Under the pieces are notes generated by a model, which was not told the DNA's origin, did not search any database, and saw nothing but the letters and a program-made list of their open reading frames with translations. The translations under genes were made by a program, and so were the position numbers. A DNA stretch of 32,271 nt, from positions 1 through 32,271 of the IMG/VR virus record IMGVR_UViG_3300037484_000404. One strand, given 5' to 3'. Each line of letters opens with the position of its first letter. Within the stretch, counting starts at the first letter, position 1. Shown piece after piece: positions 17,108 through 25,610 of the stretch. Origin of the DNA: a virus. Its lineage: Duplodnaviria > Caudoviricetes.

Positions 17108-18275
17108 TGGCTTTCAACCTCCCATTGAGCATCTCCAGCAGCGGCTTCCAGTACCGCTCGGTCACGGTGTCGGCGTCGTACTCCAAGGCGCCTGCCCTGG
17201 CGCGCCGGCTCAGTTGCAGACGCTTCTCGGCAGACGCACCATAGGCCCGCTCCATCAGGTCATAGATGGCCCCGGTATGCGGTACGAACTGGTAGGTAGC
17301 CAGCGGAGTCCAGAAGGGCGTGCAATCGGCCCGGCTGACCTTCCAGCCGCCGAAGCACAGCTCCGGCATGGACGTCCAGTCCCCGACAATGACGGGCGTT
17401 CCGCAGGCCTGCGCCTCGAGGATCGGGATCCCGAAACCCTCGCCCATCGATACATTCATCACGACGTCCGAGAACTGGTAGACGTTCACCATGTAGGGCT
17501 CGGGGAAGCCGACCAGGTTGGTGTACTGATCGGCGAAGACGACGGAGCCGGACTTGCCCGTGTCCAATCCCAAGTACGTGCAGAGCTCGACCAGGTTCAC
17601 GCCACCGTTCTCGCCGTTCTCGGCCTTCGTGGTATGCAGGTAGAGCAGCGCGTCCTTGTGTTTCCGGCGGAGCATGGCGAAGGCCTCGAGTTGCTGCTGG
17701 AAGGCCTTGCGGGAAGGCGCACCCTTGTTGGCCGCGACCATCGTCACGACGAAGGCATCCTCTGGCAGAAGCGATTTGCGACGAGCCTCGGCCTTGTCTC
17801 CAGGCATGAAGATCTTCGTATCGACCCCGTGGGGGACGTAGAAGTGTGGGAGGCCCGCTTCCTCTGCCATCCGGACGCCGAACTTCGAGAAGACGATCGG
17901 GGCGAACACCTGCTTTGCCTTGTCCATAACAGCCGGGGACATGGGATCGCTGTCCACCGGGAACCACGCGGCGATGGGAATGCCATGCGGGTTTCCCTGG
18001 GCCGACGGATCAAGGACCCAGATGTCGATCAGGGAGATGATGAGATCGGCTTCGAAGTGCTTGGCGTGGGCCGAGTACACGTCATTCCCGTACATGTGAT
18101 ACCCACGGGGATAGACGCGTACGCCGTCCCAGTTCAGGATCCCGCCCTCGAGGCCGTAGAACGCCAGGATCGCCATCTCGTGGCCCAGCCTCTTCAGCCT
18201 GGGCACGAACAGCTTGGTCTGATTCCCGTAGCCCGTGGCGGAGAATGGCGCGTTGGAGTACCACAAAAGCCGCAT
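16980..18275 (-). CDS. Glycosyltransferase, GT-B fold (GT4)
   Basis: SNAPFSATGYGNQT, VPHGVD, RK, GEGFGIPILEAQACGTPVI (EX7E); GAGGAG SD before ATG 18275. Confidence 0.92.
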   Translation of the reverse strand: MRLLWYSNAPFSATGYGNQTKLFVPRLKRLGHEMAILAFYGLEGGILNWDGVRVYPRGYHMYGNDVYSAHAKHFEADLIISLIDIWVLDPSAQGNPHGIPIAAWFPVDSDPMSPAVMDKAKQVFAPIVFSKFGVRMAEEAGLPHFYVPHGVDTKIFMPGDKAEARRKSLLPEDAFVVTMVAANKGAPSRKAFQQQLEAFAMLRRKHKDALLYLHTTKAENGENGGVNLVELCTYLGLDTGKSGSVVFADQYTNLVGFPEPYMVNVYQFSDVVMNVSMGEGFGIPILEAQACGTPVIVGDWTSMPELCFGGWKVSRADCTPFWTPLATYQFVPHTGAIYDLMERAYGASAEKRLQLSRRARAGALEYDADTVTERYWKPLLEMLNGRLKANGTSRGLDRGADRPERVEVASGERGPNGDLVPAGAVGQVGEL

Positions 18276-18303
18276 CGAAGACTCGCTCCTCGTCTTAGGG
18301 CCA

Positions 18304-18342
18304 GCGGGCGGGGGCAGGTGGAGCGTGCCCACCCCCGCCCGC
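18304..18342 (-). other. GC-rich stem-loop between the capsid genes and the glycosyltransferase cassette
   Basis: 11-bp perfect inverted repeat GCGGGCGGGGG/CCCCCGCCCGC; no U-tract. Confidence 0.6.
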
Positions 18343-18372
18343 ATGACCGCGCTTCTGGGTGCTACCCCAGGG

Positions 18373-18795
18373 TCACTTACCCTGGATGTAGCCGATGCAC
18401 AGGTTCACGGGGAACGCCGTCGCTGGCAGAGCGTTCTGTTCCTGGTAATCGACCACTACCCACTCGCCAGGGGCGAGGTAGGTGTAGTCGGCATCCAGGG
18501 TGAACGCCTGCGGGATATTCGCCACAAGCGGGGCGGCCGTGCCCCCGATTGCGGCGGCGATGGTCCCGTTCACCGCAGGCGTGCCGCCGATCGCAACCGA
18601 GCTGTACTTGTGGAGCGCGAAGGTTGCGGCGGTGCCCGACGTGTGCGACGTCGAGGCAACGGCCTGTGCATACACGAGTCGCAGGCCTCCGCCCTGTCCG
18701 GCCGTGGGCGCCTTCAGGACGAAGAGCTGCTTGTTGTCCGCACCGGGATCGCTGATGTCGATCACGGCGTGCTTGATGTCTGCTTGGCTGGCCAT
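18373..18795 (-). CDS. Putative capsid decoration/cement protein
   Basis: 140 aa, beta-rich; directly after the major capsid gene; GAGGTG SD. Confidence 0.6.
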   Translation of the reverse strand: MASQADIKHAVIDISDPGADNKQLFVLKAPTAGQGGGLRLVYAQAVASTSHTSGTAATFALHKYSSVAIGGTPAVNGTIAAAIGGTAAPLVANIPQAFTLDADYTYLAPGEWVVVDYQEQNALPATAFPVNLCIGYIQGK

Positions 18796-18830
18796 CTTTG
18801 GTCACCTCATCCTTAGAGTCTGGGACCAGC

Positions 18831-19679
18831 CTAGCTGGTCGGGGTCGCGCAGGCGAAGAGCAGCTGCACGCCGAACTTGGGCCGCCACACGCCGTGAGCG
18901 TAGACGGCCGACATGTTCAGCTCCCAGCCGCGCCGAGAGGCATCGCGCTCGGGTTCCAACCGCGGAGCCCGGCGGATGTCGAGGGCCATCGACTGCCGGC
19001 TGAAGACCGCCCCGTAGGCATCCGTGCCCGATAGGGCGATGTTCGAGCTGGTGTAGATGGCCAGATCGGCGACCCGCTGCACGAAGTAGTTCCGGCTGAT
19101 CTCTTCGGTCAGGCCCGCAGCCGCCACCGGCGTGGTAGCCGTGGCGATGGAAGCTGCCTTCGCCAGGACTTCCCACTGGTAGTCGTGCAGGACCATGAAG
19201 TACGGCCCGGGGGCCTTCTGCGCCTTCAGGACGGCCTTGGCAGCGAAGACGTGACCCCAGGTGATGGTCGTGCCAGACGCGCCGATCGTGCCGCCCGTCA
19301 GGGACGAGAAGTTACCGAGTAGGTCCGTCTCCACCTTGTCGGAGATCGCGCTTCCGAGCTCGATAGCGGCGTCGTTTCGAACCGCAAAGGGATCCGACTC
19401 GATCCGCTGGTCGCTCAGGAAGAACTGCAGGCCGATCTCGGCCGGGGTCAGCGTGCCCAGGGCCGCCGGCGTGAAGGCATCGGAGGTCAGGTCATCCGAC
19501 TCGACCACGGCCTTCGCCGTGCCCTTGTTGTATTCCTGGCTCTTGCGGGCCGCCATGCCCTGGCCGCTGAAACCCGTGACCAGGTTGATCATGAGGCCGT
19601 TCTCTCGCGCCGCGAACAGAGCATCGTCGAAGATGGTGTTCACGAACGCGGAGACATCTGCGTAGGTGTTGAGTTGCAT
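18831..19679 (-). CDS. Major capsid protein (HK97 fold)
   Basis: 282 aa after the scaffold; ELGSAISDKVETDLL, PYFMVLH, LEPERDASRRGWEL...YAHGVWRP. Confidence 0.88.
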   Translation of the reverse strand: MQLNTYADVSAFVNTIFDDALFAARENGLMINLVTGFSGQGMAARKSQEYNKGTAKAVVESDDLTSDAFTPAALGTLTPAEIGLQFFLSDQRIESDPFAVRNDAAIELGSAISDKVETDLLGNFSSLTGGTIGASGTTITWGHVFAAKAVLKAQKAPGPYFMVLHDYQWEVLAKAASIATATTPVAAAGLTEEISRNYFVQRVADLAIYTSSNIALSGTDAYGAVFSRQSMALDIRRAPRLEPERDASRRGWELNMSAVYAHGVWRPKFGVQLLFACATPTS

Positions 19680-19723
19680 CGTTCCTCACTCCCGGGCCGA
19701 TGGGCCCCAGGACTTCCGGCGCA

Positions 19724-20398
19724 TCACCCGCGGGCGGTGTTCTTTGGCGTCTCAGGGAAGATGACGCCGCCGCCTTGCTTGCGTGCCGCATCCGGATTGA
19801 GGAAGCTGCCCCCGCCGCTGTACAGGCGCTGCCGCCGTTCTTCGTCCGTCTCTTTTCGTTCCTCGGGTCCGTTCGGGTTCGTCGGGTTGATCCCCGGCGC
19901 CACTACCCGAGTCTTCGAGACGAGATGCGGCTTTGCCTTCGCGAGCACATCGAGCCGGGTGGCCACGTCCTTGTCGTCGGTCGGATCGAGGTCCTTCCGA
20001 TCCATAAGGGCGTAGGCGTCGAGCGGATCGATAAAGCCTTTCTGGGCTGCCGCGGAAACCACCGTCGCCCGCAGGGCCGTCTCGGCCGCCTTGGCCTCGG
20101 CCTGCTCCGCACGCGTCACCGCGTCCGCAGCATCCTTCTTGGCCTTGTCCAGCTCGCTGAGCTCGGCAGCCGCGCGGTCCTGTTCTTTCTTCTCCAGCTC
20201 CTCGAGCTTCTTGCGCCGATCGGCGCTCTCGCGGTTGGCTGACTTCAGGGCACTGCGCGTCTGCTCCAGTTCGGCTTGGACATCTTCCAGTTTCGGCGCC
20301 GCCTGCGGATCACCCGCGTTCGGCCTGGGTTGCGGATCTCCCGCAGCTGGTGCCCCCGGAGTCGGATCGCCCGCGCCTGGGGGAGTAGAGGTAGCCAT
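19724..20398 (-). CDS. Capsid scaffolding protein
   Basis: Pro-rich N-terminus with 3x AGDP, coiled coil (ANRESADRRKKL, ELSELDKAK), KPHL motif. Confidence 0.85.
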   Translation of the reverse strand: MATSTPPGAGDPTPGAPAAGDPQPRPNAGDPQAAPKLEDVQAELEQTRSALKSANRESADRRKKLEELEKKEQDRAAAELSELDKAKKDAADAVTRAEQAEAKAAETALRATVVSAAAQKGFIDPLDAYALMDRKDLDPTDDKDVATRLDVLAKAKPHLVSKTRVVAPGINPTNPNGPEERKETDEERRQRLYSGGGSFLNPDAARKQGGGVIFPETPKNTARG

Positions 20399-20414
20399 GT
20401 CCTTTGTTCGCTCC

Positions 20415-20532
20415 TTGGGGCATCTCGCCCCTGTTCCAGAGACAAACGAAAACGCCCGGGCCCATCCGAAGATGGAGCCCGGGCGTTACTCCGGTCGTCT
20501 CTGGGTTGTCGCCCCCAATCCCTGGGGGCGTT
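20415..20532 (-). promoter_or_regulatory. Structured leader of the scaffold/capsid genes
   Basis: Hairpin CGCCCCCA/TGGGGGCG; long stem CCAGAGAC...GTCTCTGG enclosing a C(UUCG)G hairpin followed by TTTTCGTTT; then hairpin GGGGC-GAGAT-GCCCC. Confidence 0.65.
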
Positions 20533-20540
20533 ACGTCGTC

Positions 20541-20569
20541 AGTCTAGCACGGCTTCGGGGCCCGCGCAA
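20541..20569 (-). promoter_or_regulatory. Sigma70-like promoter TTGCGC-N17-TAGACT upstream of the scaffold gene
   Basis: Same hexamers and spacing as at 29360-29388; TG extended -10. Confidence 0.7.
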
Positions 20570-20575
20570 GCCCCA

Positions 20576-20734
20576 CTACACGTTCCGAGCGCCAGCTTCG
20601 TCCGACAGTCGCACGGCGCTGAGTAGGAAGATCGCCGCACCGACGGCCCAGATCGACAGCAGCGAATCCACCAACAGAAGTCCGAAGGACAAGACGAACA
20701 GCAGGAAGGCGCCGGCCAGGAAGAGTGATCTCAT
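20576..20734 (-). CDS. Small two-TM membrane protein (52 aa)
   Basis: AAAGGGAG SD before MRSLFLAGAF...; two hydrophobic helices. Confidence 0.55.
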   Translation of the reverse strand: MRSLFLAGAFLLFVLSFGLLLVDSLLSIWAVGAAIFLLSAVRLSDEAGARNV

Positions 20735-20796
20735 CGTATGCTCCCTTTCTTGTTGTGGGGGTAGTCTACCCCGGTTCGCCAGCGCCGTCACAGACC

Positions 20797-21804
20797 TCAG
20801 CCCCCCAGCAGCTCCGCCAGCGTGGGGTTCCCCAGCATCTCCCCGTAGACGGAGTCCTGGTAGCTGCCGACCAGGTCCGACAGACTGAAGTTGCCGCCCT
20901 GCCACGCCTCGTGGAACTGCGGCCCCATCTGGGCTCGTTGCTGTTCCTCGGGCTGATTTCGGAACCACTCCTCCCCAGTCTGCTCTACGAATTCCGACGG
21001 GTTCGAGCCCGCCGGCAGGGGGAGCTCCGTACACCGCCCGTTGTGGTGGTCGTCCAGGACCTCATCGAGCTCGTGGACCGTCCCGTGCTGTTCGACGCAG
21101 GCCATGCACGTCGTACCATCCAGCTCGGCCCACCAGATCCACCCCCCGACGATGTGGTCGTTCTCCAGGTAGTTCAGCCGGCTCGCCTCCCGGTAGGACC
21201 ATAGCTGGGCGGTGCGGACCATCTGGAGCGCACTGGTCAGACCCTGACCGAGAGAGGAGTTGATCAGGCCGGCGACCTTCGATGGCGAGAAGCCGAGCGA
21301 CACCCCCTGGGCAATGCCCGAGGCAACCCGATCGGCCGTGAAGGGCGTGAGTTCCTCGAGCCTGGCATAGAGCGGCCCGCCAGGCTGAGTGAACGCCAGG
21401 ATGGACTGCGCCTGACGCGGTGAGAATTCGTGGAACTTGCCGCGGAGTCCATACTCACCAAGGATCAGCTCGGATACAGTCCTGGAGTCTGCCGTGCCTC
21501 GAGCCAGGGATGCCTCGATCGATCCTGTCAACTCACGCGCAGTTGTCCCTTCGAAGCGGCCCAGTTCCTCAGCCACCCCCCGAAGCAAGCTGCGATACCG
21601 CACGCTCCGCTCAAGTTGCGCTGGCGTGAGCGCCCCTTCCGCTGCCTCGGCCGCCACCCTGGCGATCATGTCCTGCAGCCGGCGCGAGAGCTGGCCATAG
21701 TGAGCCACCAGCCGACCCAGGACTTCGGCGTCGGCCTCATCCGCACGGCGCATGAACTCCTCGACCAGGCGGATGATCTCGCGGCCGCGTGGATCGACAG
21801 GCAC
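20797..21804 (-). CDS. Minor head protein (MuF/SPP1 gp7 family)
   Basis: MVRTA, WIWWAELDGTTCMAC...HG...HHNGRCT. Confidence 0.88.
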   Translation of the reverse strand: MPVDPRGREIIRLVEEFMRRADEADAEVLGRLVAHYGQLSRRLQDMIARVAAEAAEGALTPAQLERSVRYRSLLRGVAEELGRFEGTTARELTGSIEASLARGTADSRTVSELILGEYGLRGKFHEFSPRQAQSILAFTQPGGPLYARLEELTPFTADRVASGIAQGVSLGFSPSKVAGLINSSLGQGLTSALQMVRTAQLWSYREASRLNYLENDHIVGGWIWWAELDGTTCMACVEQHGTVHELDEVLDDHHNGRCTELPLPAGSNPSEFVEQTGEEWFRNQPEEQQRAQMGPQFHEAWQGGNFSLSDLVGSYQDSVYGEMLGNPTLAELLGG

Positions 21805-22092
21805 CTACTCCTCCAGGACCCAGAGCTCGCCCGACTTGGACGCCTGCACCGCGCCCGTCCCGTGATAGTGGTACTTGTGGATCCCGGCGGTGTCGCAGAT
21901 GAGGTCTAGGTAGAAGACCCCAGTCGAGTCCTTCACGACCTCGGAATCTGTTCCGTAGACGTAGGTCGTCACCGACCTGTCCGGCAGCGTGAGCTTGATG
22001 CTCACCGTTGTCGGGTCAGTCAGAGTGAGAGCTGCGTTCTTGAAGGTCGCCTGCAGCCGGACCAAGCTGTGCTGCTCATACTTGTTTGGCAT
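21805..22092 (-). CDS. Small Ig-like virion protein
   Basis: All-beta pattern LTDPTTVSIKLTLPD...STGVFYLD...AG.H.Y. Confidence 0.6.
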   Translation of the reverse strand: MPNKYEQHSLVRLQATFKNAALTLTDPTTVSIKLTLPDRSVTTYVYGTDSEVVKDSTGVFYLDLICDTAGIHKYHYHGTGAVQASKSGELWVLEE

Positions 22093-22095
22093 ATC

Positions 22096-24120
22096 TCACC
22101 CCGTGATCTCTTCTAGAATGACGAAGCCGAGGGAGATCTCCTCGACCTCAACGACATGGGCTAAGGCATCCGAGAGTGCGACGGTGGCCGTTAGCACTTC
22201 TTCAACCTCCACGCTCCCCAGTTGTGCCGCTGAAGTGACAACCCCGGCGCCGGCGAGAGACACACCACCGAGGGCCACAGCGCCATCGCCGCCGACCGGG
22301 ACATCGCCCGCGGCGAGCAGGCTTACTCCCGCAAGAGTGACCGCACCCCCTGCGTCGACCGCGACGCCGGCGTCGGAAGCAAGGGAAACTCCGGCCAGGG
22401 CGACCGCTCCGTCAGCGGATACAGGAGGAGTACCAATGACGCCAGTCCCGGCGAGAGTCACCCCCGCCAGGGTTACGGCTCCGTCGGCATCGACCGGGAC
22501 ATCGGCTGCCGAGGCGATGGAAACGCCCTCGAGGGAAACGGTCCCCGTAGCATCGACCGGGATGTTGGCGGCACCGGCCAGTGTCACGCCATCGAGTGTT
22601 GCTGTCCCGTCCGCACTTACGAGGACATCAGCATCGGAAGCGATGGCCACTCCATCAAGAGTGACCGCTCCATCCCCAGAGACGGGCGTGGTTCCGACGG
22701 TAGCGGTTCCTGAGATAGTGACGCCCGCAAGCGTCGCCGCACCATCGGCATCAACCAGAACGTCAGCGGTAGCCGCAAGAGCAACACCAGCCAGCGTCGC
22801 CGCCCCGTCAGCACTTACCGGGACATCGGCGCCCGAGGCCACGGTGACCCCAGCGAGCGTGACCGCACCGTCGGCGTCTACAGGGACGGTTGCTGTTCCT
22901 GCGAGCGTGACACCCGCGAGGGTGGCGGCCCCATCTCCGACCGCTCCCGCCTCCGCCGCTGGCGCGTACTCGACGTACACCCACAGCGCCGACATACGGA
23001 CGAAATGCGTGTCCGTGACCGTCTCCCGGATGCCAGCCTGGGCGGCATCGAGCAACGCTTTCGTCCAGGGAGTTGCCGTTCCGGGCTCCTCGTAGTTACT
23101 GTCGTTCCCCAGGGGAGGATAGATTTTCGGCGTGGCCGTCAGCAATGAGGTATAGGACGTGCTTCCTGCACCGCTCAGGTTGGCACTCTCGTCCACGTTG
23201 GCCCCGGACTTCAAGCGGACTACGAAATCCGGGTCACCTCCGGTCAGCGCTGAGATGGCGAAGCGGGCACCCACACCCACCCATTTGATTGTGTCGCCCG
23301 AGGCTACGGCCGATGGCGTTGCTTCCAGGTTGTAGTCGTCTATCTGCGTAGCGGTGTTTGACTGGACGTAGGTGGTCACATTATCGGGCGGTACCTCTTC
23401 GGTCTGCGACCAGTTCGCACCGCTATCCGTTCCGCCCCTGGCCCAAGCGGCGTTGTCGCCTGCCGCGCTCGGGCGCAGGATGATGAGGCTCCCTTCCCCC
23501 GGCCAGGAGTTCTCGTAGGATCCCGCGTCACCATTGATCGCGGCATCGTCCCAAACCATGTTGAGCGTAGCATCGGAGGCAGGCGGCCCCACTCGCATTC
23601 GGTTTGGGTCGGCGGTGATGTTGATGGTTCCGGACGGGTTCCAGAGAAGTGTCGCCTCGTCTGATGCCGCATACAGCCGCGCCTCGACCGTCGTGGCCGA
23701 AAGCGTCGTGCTGTCGTAACCGATCTCCAGGCGGTACCAAGTGTCGAGGCTCAGGGCGCTGGAGGCTGAACCGATGACGGCAGAGTCTTCGGCGTTGAAG
23801 AGGTCTATTGCCCCACTGGCGCTCACTCTGGCGGATATTTTTGCGTTGGCCGAATTCAACAGGGACAGGAACGTCGTGCTGTTGGTGGTCGGCCAGTCGT
23901 CGAAATAGATGTAGTGCCGAATCCAGTATTTTCCCTGGGCCGCTGTGAACTGGTGGTGGTAGTTCTCTTGCGCCCCGGTGTTGGTGATTCGGAGAGCGGC
24001 CGCGCCCGCGTGCTTGACGGTCGTTTCGATGGCAGGGGTGCCATTCAGCGACGTGAAACCAAACTCCATCCCGAGCGTGGCGGATTGAAGTTCGTAGCCG
24101 CACGACCAAAGCCTCGACAC
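22096..24120 (-). CDS. Large surface/fibre protein: lectin-like beta domains plus a 21-aa repeat stalk
   Basis: TWYRLEI and WDDAAIN concanavalin-like motifs; tandem VxADGAVTLAGV repeats. Confidence 0.7.
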   Translation of the reverse strand: MSRLWSCGYELQSATLGMEFGFTSLNGTPAIETTVKHAGAAALRITNTGAQENYHHQFTAAQGKYWIRHYIYFDDWPTTNSTTFLSLLNSANAKISARVSASGAIDLFNAEDSAVIGSASSALSLDTWYRLEIGYDSTTLSATTVEARLYAASDEATLLWNPSGTINITADPNRMRVGPPASDATLNMVWDDAAINGDAGSYENSWPGEGSLIILRPSAAGDNAAWARGGTDSGANWSQTEEVPPDNVTTYVQSNTATQIDDYNLEATPSAVASGDTIKWVGVGARFAISALTGGDPDFVVRLKSGANVDESANLSGAGSTSYTSLLTATPKIYPPLGNDSNYEEPGTATPWTKALLDAAQAGIRETVTDTHFVRMSALWVYVEYAPAAEAGAVGDGAATLAGVTLAGTATVPVDADGAVTLAGVTVASGADVPVSADGAATLAGVALAATADVLVDADGAATLAGVTISGTATVGTTPVSGDGAVTLDGVAIASDADVLVSADGTATLDGVTLAGAANIPVDATGTVSLEGVSIASAADVPVDADGAVTLAGVTLAGTGVIGTPPVSADGAVALAGVSLASDAGVAVDAGGAVTLAGVSLLAAGDVPVGGDGAVALGGVSLAGAGVVTSAAQLGSVEVEEVLTATVALSDALAHVVEVEEISLGFVILEEITG
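22234..22944 (-). repeat. 11 tandem coding repeats (nine of 21 aa, two of 24 aa)
   Basis: Consensus V(D/S)ADGA(V/A)TLAGV(T/S)LA..ADVP; 237 aa = 711 nt. Confidence 0.9.
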
Positions 24121-24121
24121 G

Positions 24122-25603
24122 TCAGTTGCCTGGGCCGATCCAGCCCGAAGGCACCGCCCCCGGCGAGGTCTCGCTACACGGCAACCCCTGGCAGAAGTAC
24201 ACGTCTCTCTCGGGCTGTGCCGCCGGGGTGAACTGGTTGATCTTGTCGTCGATCAGGATGTCGCCGTAGTATCCGACGAACATCCCGACCATCTTGATGG
24301 GGTAGCAGTCCACACCTGGCTCCGTGCAGCCTTGGTTGAGAACGCCGAAGCGGGTGGTGAACCCCTCGGCTGTGATGCGGCCCACCCTGGGGTCGGTGTC
24401 GAAGCCCGAGAGGTTGTCCCACGCAGACGGGATGTTCCCGGCTACCTCGTGGACGTTGGCCGTGCTGTTATTGTACCTGCAGCCCACGGGGTTGTACGGC
24501 TCACCGCAGACGAACGGCCAGGTGAACGGGTGAACCAGGTCACGGCTGTCGAGAACCTGGTAGCCATCCCGCACCCGGAACAGCAGCCGGAAGATGCGGG
24601 AGGTCTCAGGCCGTGCGCCCGGCACCGTGCTGCCGAAGCCCGTCGGCTTGCTGGTCACGGTCGAGTTGACGTTGGCGTTGTGCGACAGGATGAACGGGAT
24701 GTCAGGCCGGCAGCCTGGGAGTCCCGTGTACGCGCAGTCCGCCGACCAGTAGGGTCCTCTCGGCGTGTCGTAGGGCGGCTGGAAAGTGTTAGGGTACTGG
24801 AGCAGCGTCCCCTGGTAGGGCGTTATCCGCTGGCCGTACTCCTGCAGTTGGTTGGTGAAGAGGTAGCCGCAGTCGCTTTGGTTGCACACCTTCAGCAGCG
24901 CAACGCTGGAGTGGGTCGTAGTCTCCAGCTCCATCGAGGCGTCCCCGAAGTCGTGGAACTGGATGACCGCCGCGTCGACGCAGTAGGTGGCACCCTCAAA
25001 CCCGGGCTCACATGGCCCGAAGACATCCAGCACCACGTCCCACTTGAACCCACCGTGCTTCATGGTGTTCTCGATGGGACTGGACGGGTTCGTGTGTCCT
25101 ACCCCAACGCCGCCGATCAGCGCGCGCAGGTCGAAGCCTGGGAAGGCATCGTCTACTTCCGATGTGAACGGGTCATCCCCGTGCTCGTGGTCGTAGTGAC
25201 ATCCGAGCGCACTGTTCCAGAGTCCGTGGTAGGTGTCGTTGTCTGGATGCGCACAGGCTGGGGCTCCAGGGTAGGGCTCAATCGTGCCGGAAGCAGGGGT
25301 AGGGGTCGCGGGGACCGGGGCGGTACTCGAAGCCGTCGCGGTAGCTGATGGTGACAACGTATCCGTCGCCGTAATCGTAGACGATGCGCTTGGAGAAGCC
25401 GCAGCCGTTGCGCTTGGCTCTGCTGTGTCGCTTGGCTGAGGGGACTCTGTCAGCGATGGTGTCCATGTTGCACTGGGTGTCTCCGTGAAGGTTGGGGACG
25501 CAGTAGCCGTCGCCTTGGGCGTGGGCGTAGGCACCTTCGGCTTAGCCGTGGCCGAGGCCCCAAGTAGCAGGGCCAGGATGACAAGCGGGATCAGGCGCTT
25601 CAT
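24122..25603 (-). CDS. Secreted Cys-rich protein with signal peptide and Ser/Thr/Pro linker
   Basis: MKRLIPLVILALLLGASATA signal; about 85-aa S/T/P/A tract; CHYDHEHGDDP and KHGGFK motifs. Confidence 0.75.
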   Translation of the reverse strand: MKRLIPLVILALLLGASATAKPKVPTPTPKATATASPTFTETPSATWTPSLTESPQPSDTAEPSATAAASPSASSTITATDTLSPSATATASSTAPVPATPTPASGTIEPYPGAPACAHPDNDTYHGLWNSALGCHYDHEHGDDPFTSEVDDAFPGFDLRALIGGVGVGHTNPSSPIENTMKHGGFKWDVVLDVFGPCEPGFEGATYCVDAAVIQFHDFGDASMELETTTHSSVALLKVCNQSDCGYLFTNQLQEYGQRITPYQGTLLQYPNTFQPPYDTPRGPYWSADCAYTGLPGCRPDIPFILSHNANVNSTVTSKPTGFGSTVPGARPETSRIFRLLFRVRDGYQVLDSRDLVHPFTWPFVCGEPYNPVGCRYNNSTANVHEVAGNIPSAWDNLSGFDTDPRVGRITAEGFTTRFGVLNQGCTEPGVDCYPIKMVGMFVGYYGDILIDDKINQFTPAAQPERDVYFCQGLPCSETSPGAVPSGWIGPGN

Positions 25604-25610
25604 GCCGGGC

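Noticed and set aside
14135-18275. Cassette as a DNA hypermodification or 7-deazaguanine pathway
   Set aside because: No DpdA, QueC/D, FolE, hydroxymethylase or polymerase is nearby, and the location is within the head genes. Disfavoured but not excluded.
20444-20487. Simple constitutive terminator
   Set aside because: It lies downstream of a predicted promoter and just upstream of the highly expressed capsid genes, and its U-tract is interrupted. It is treated as part of a regulatory leader instead.
22234-22944. Repeat region as a CRISPR array or DGR template/variable repeat
   Set aside because: The repeats are in-frame, degenerate at codon third positions and lack spacers; no reverse transcriptase is in the window.
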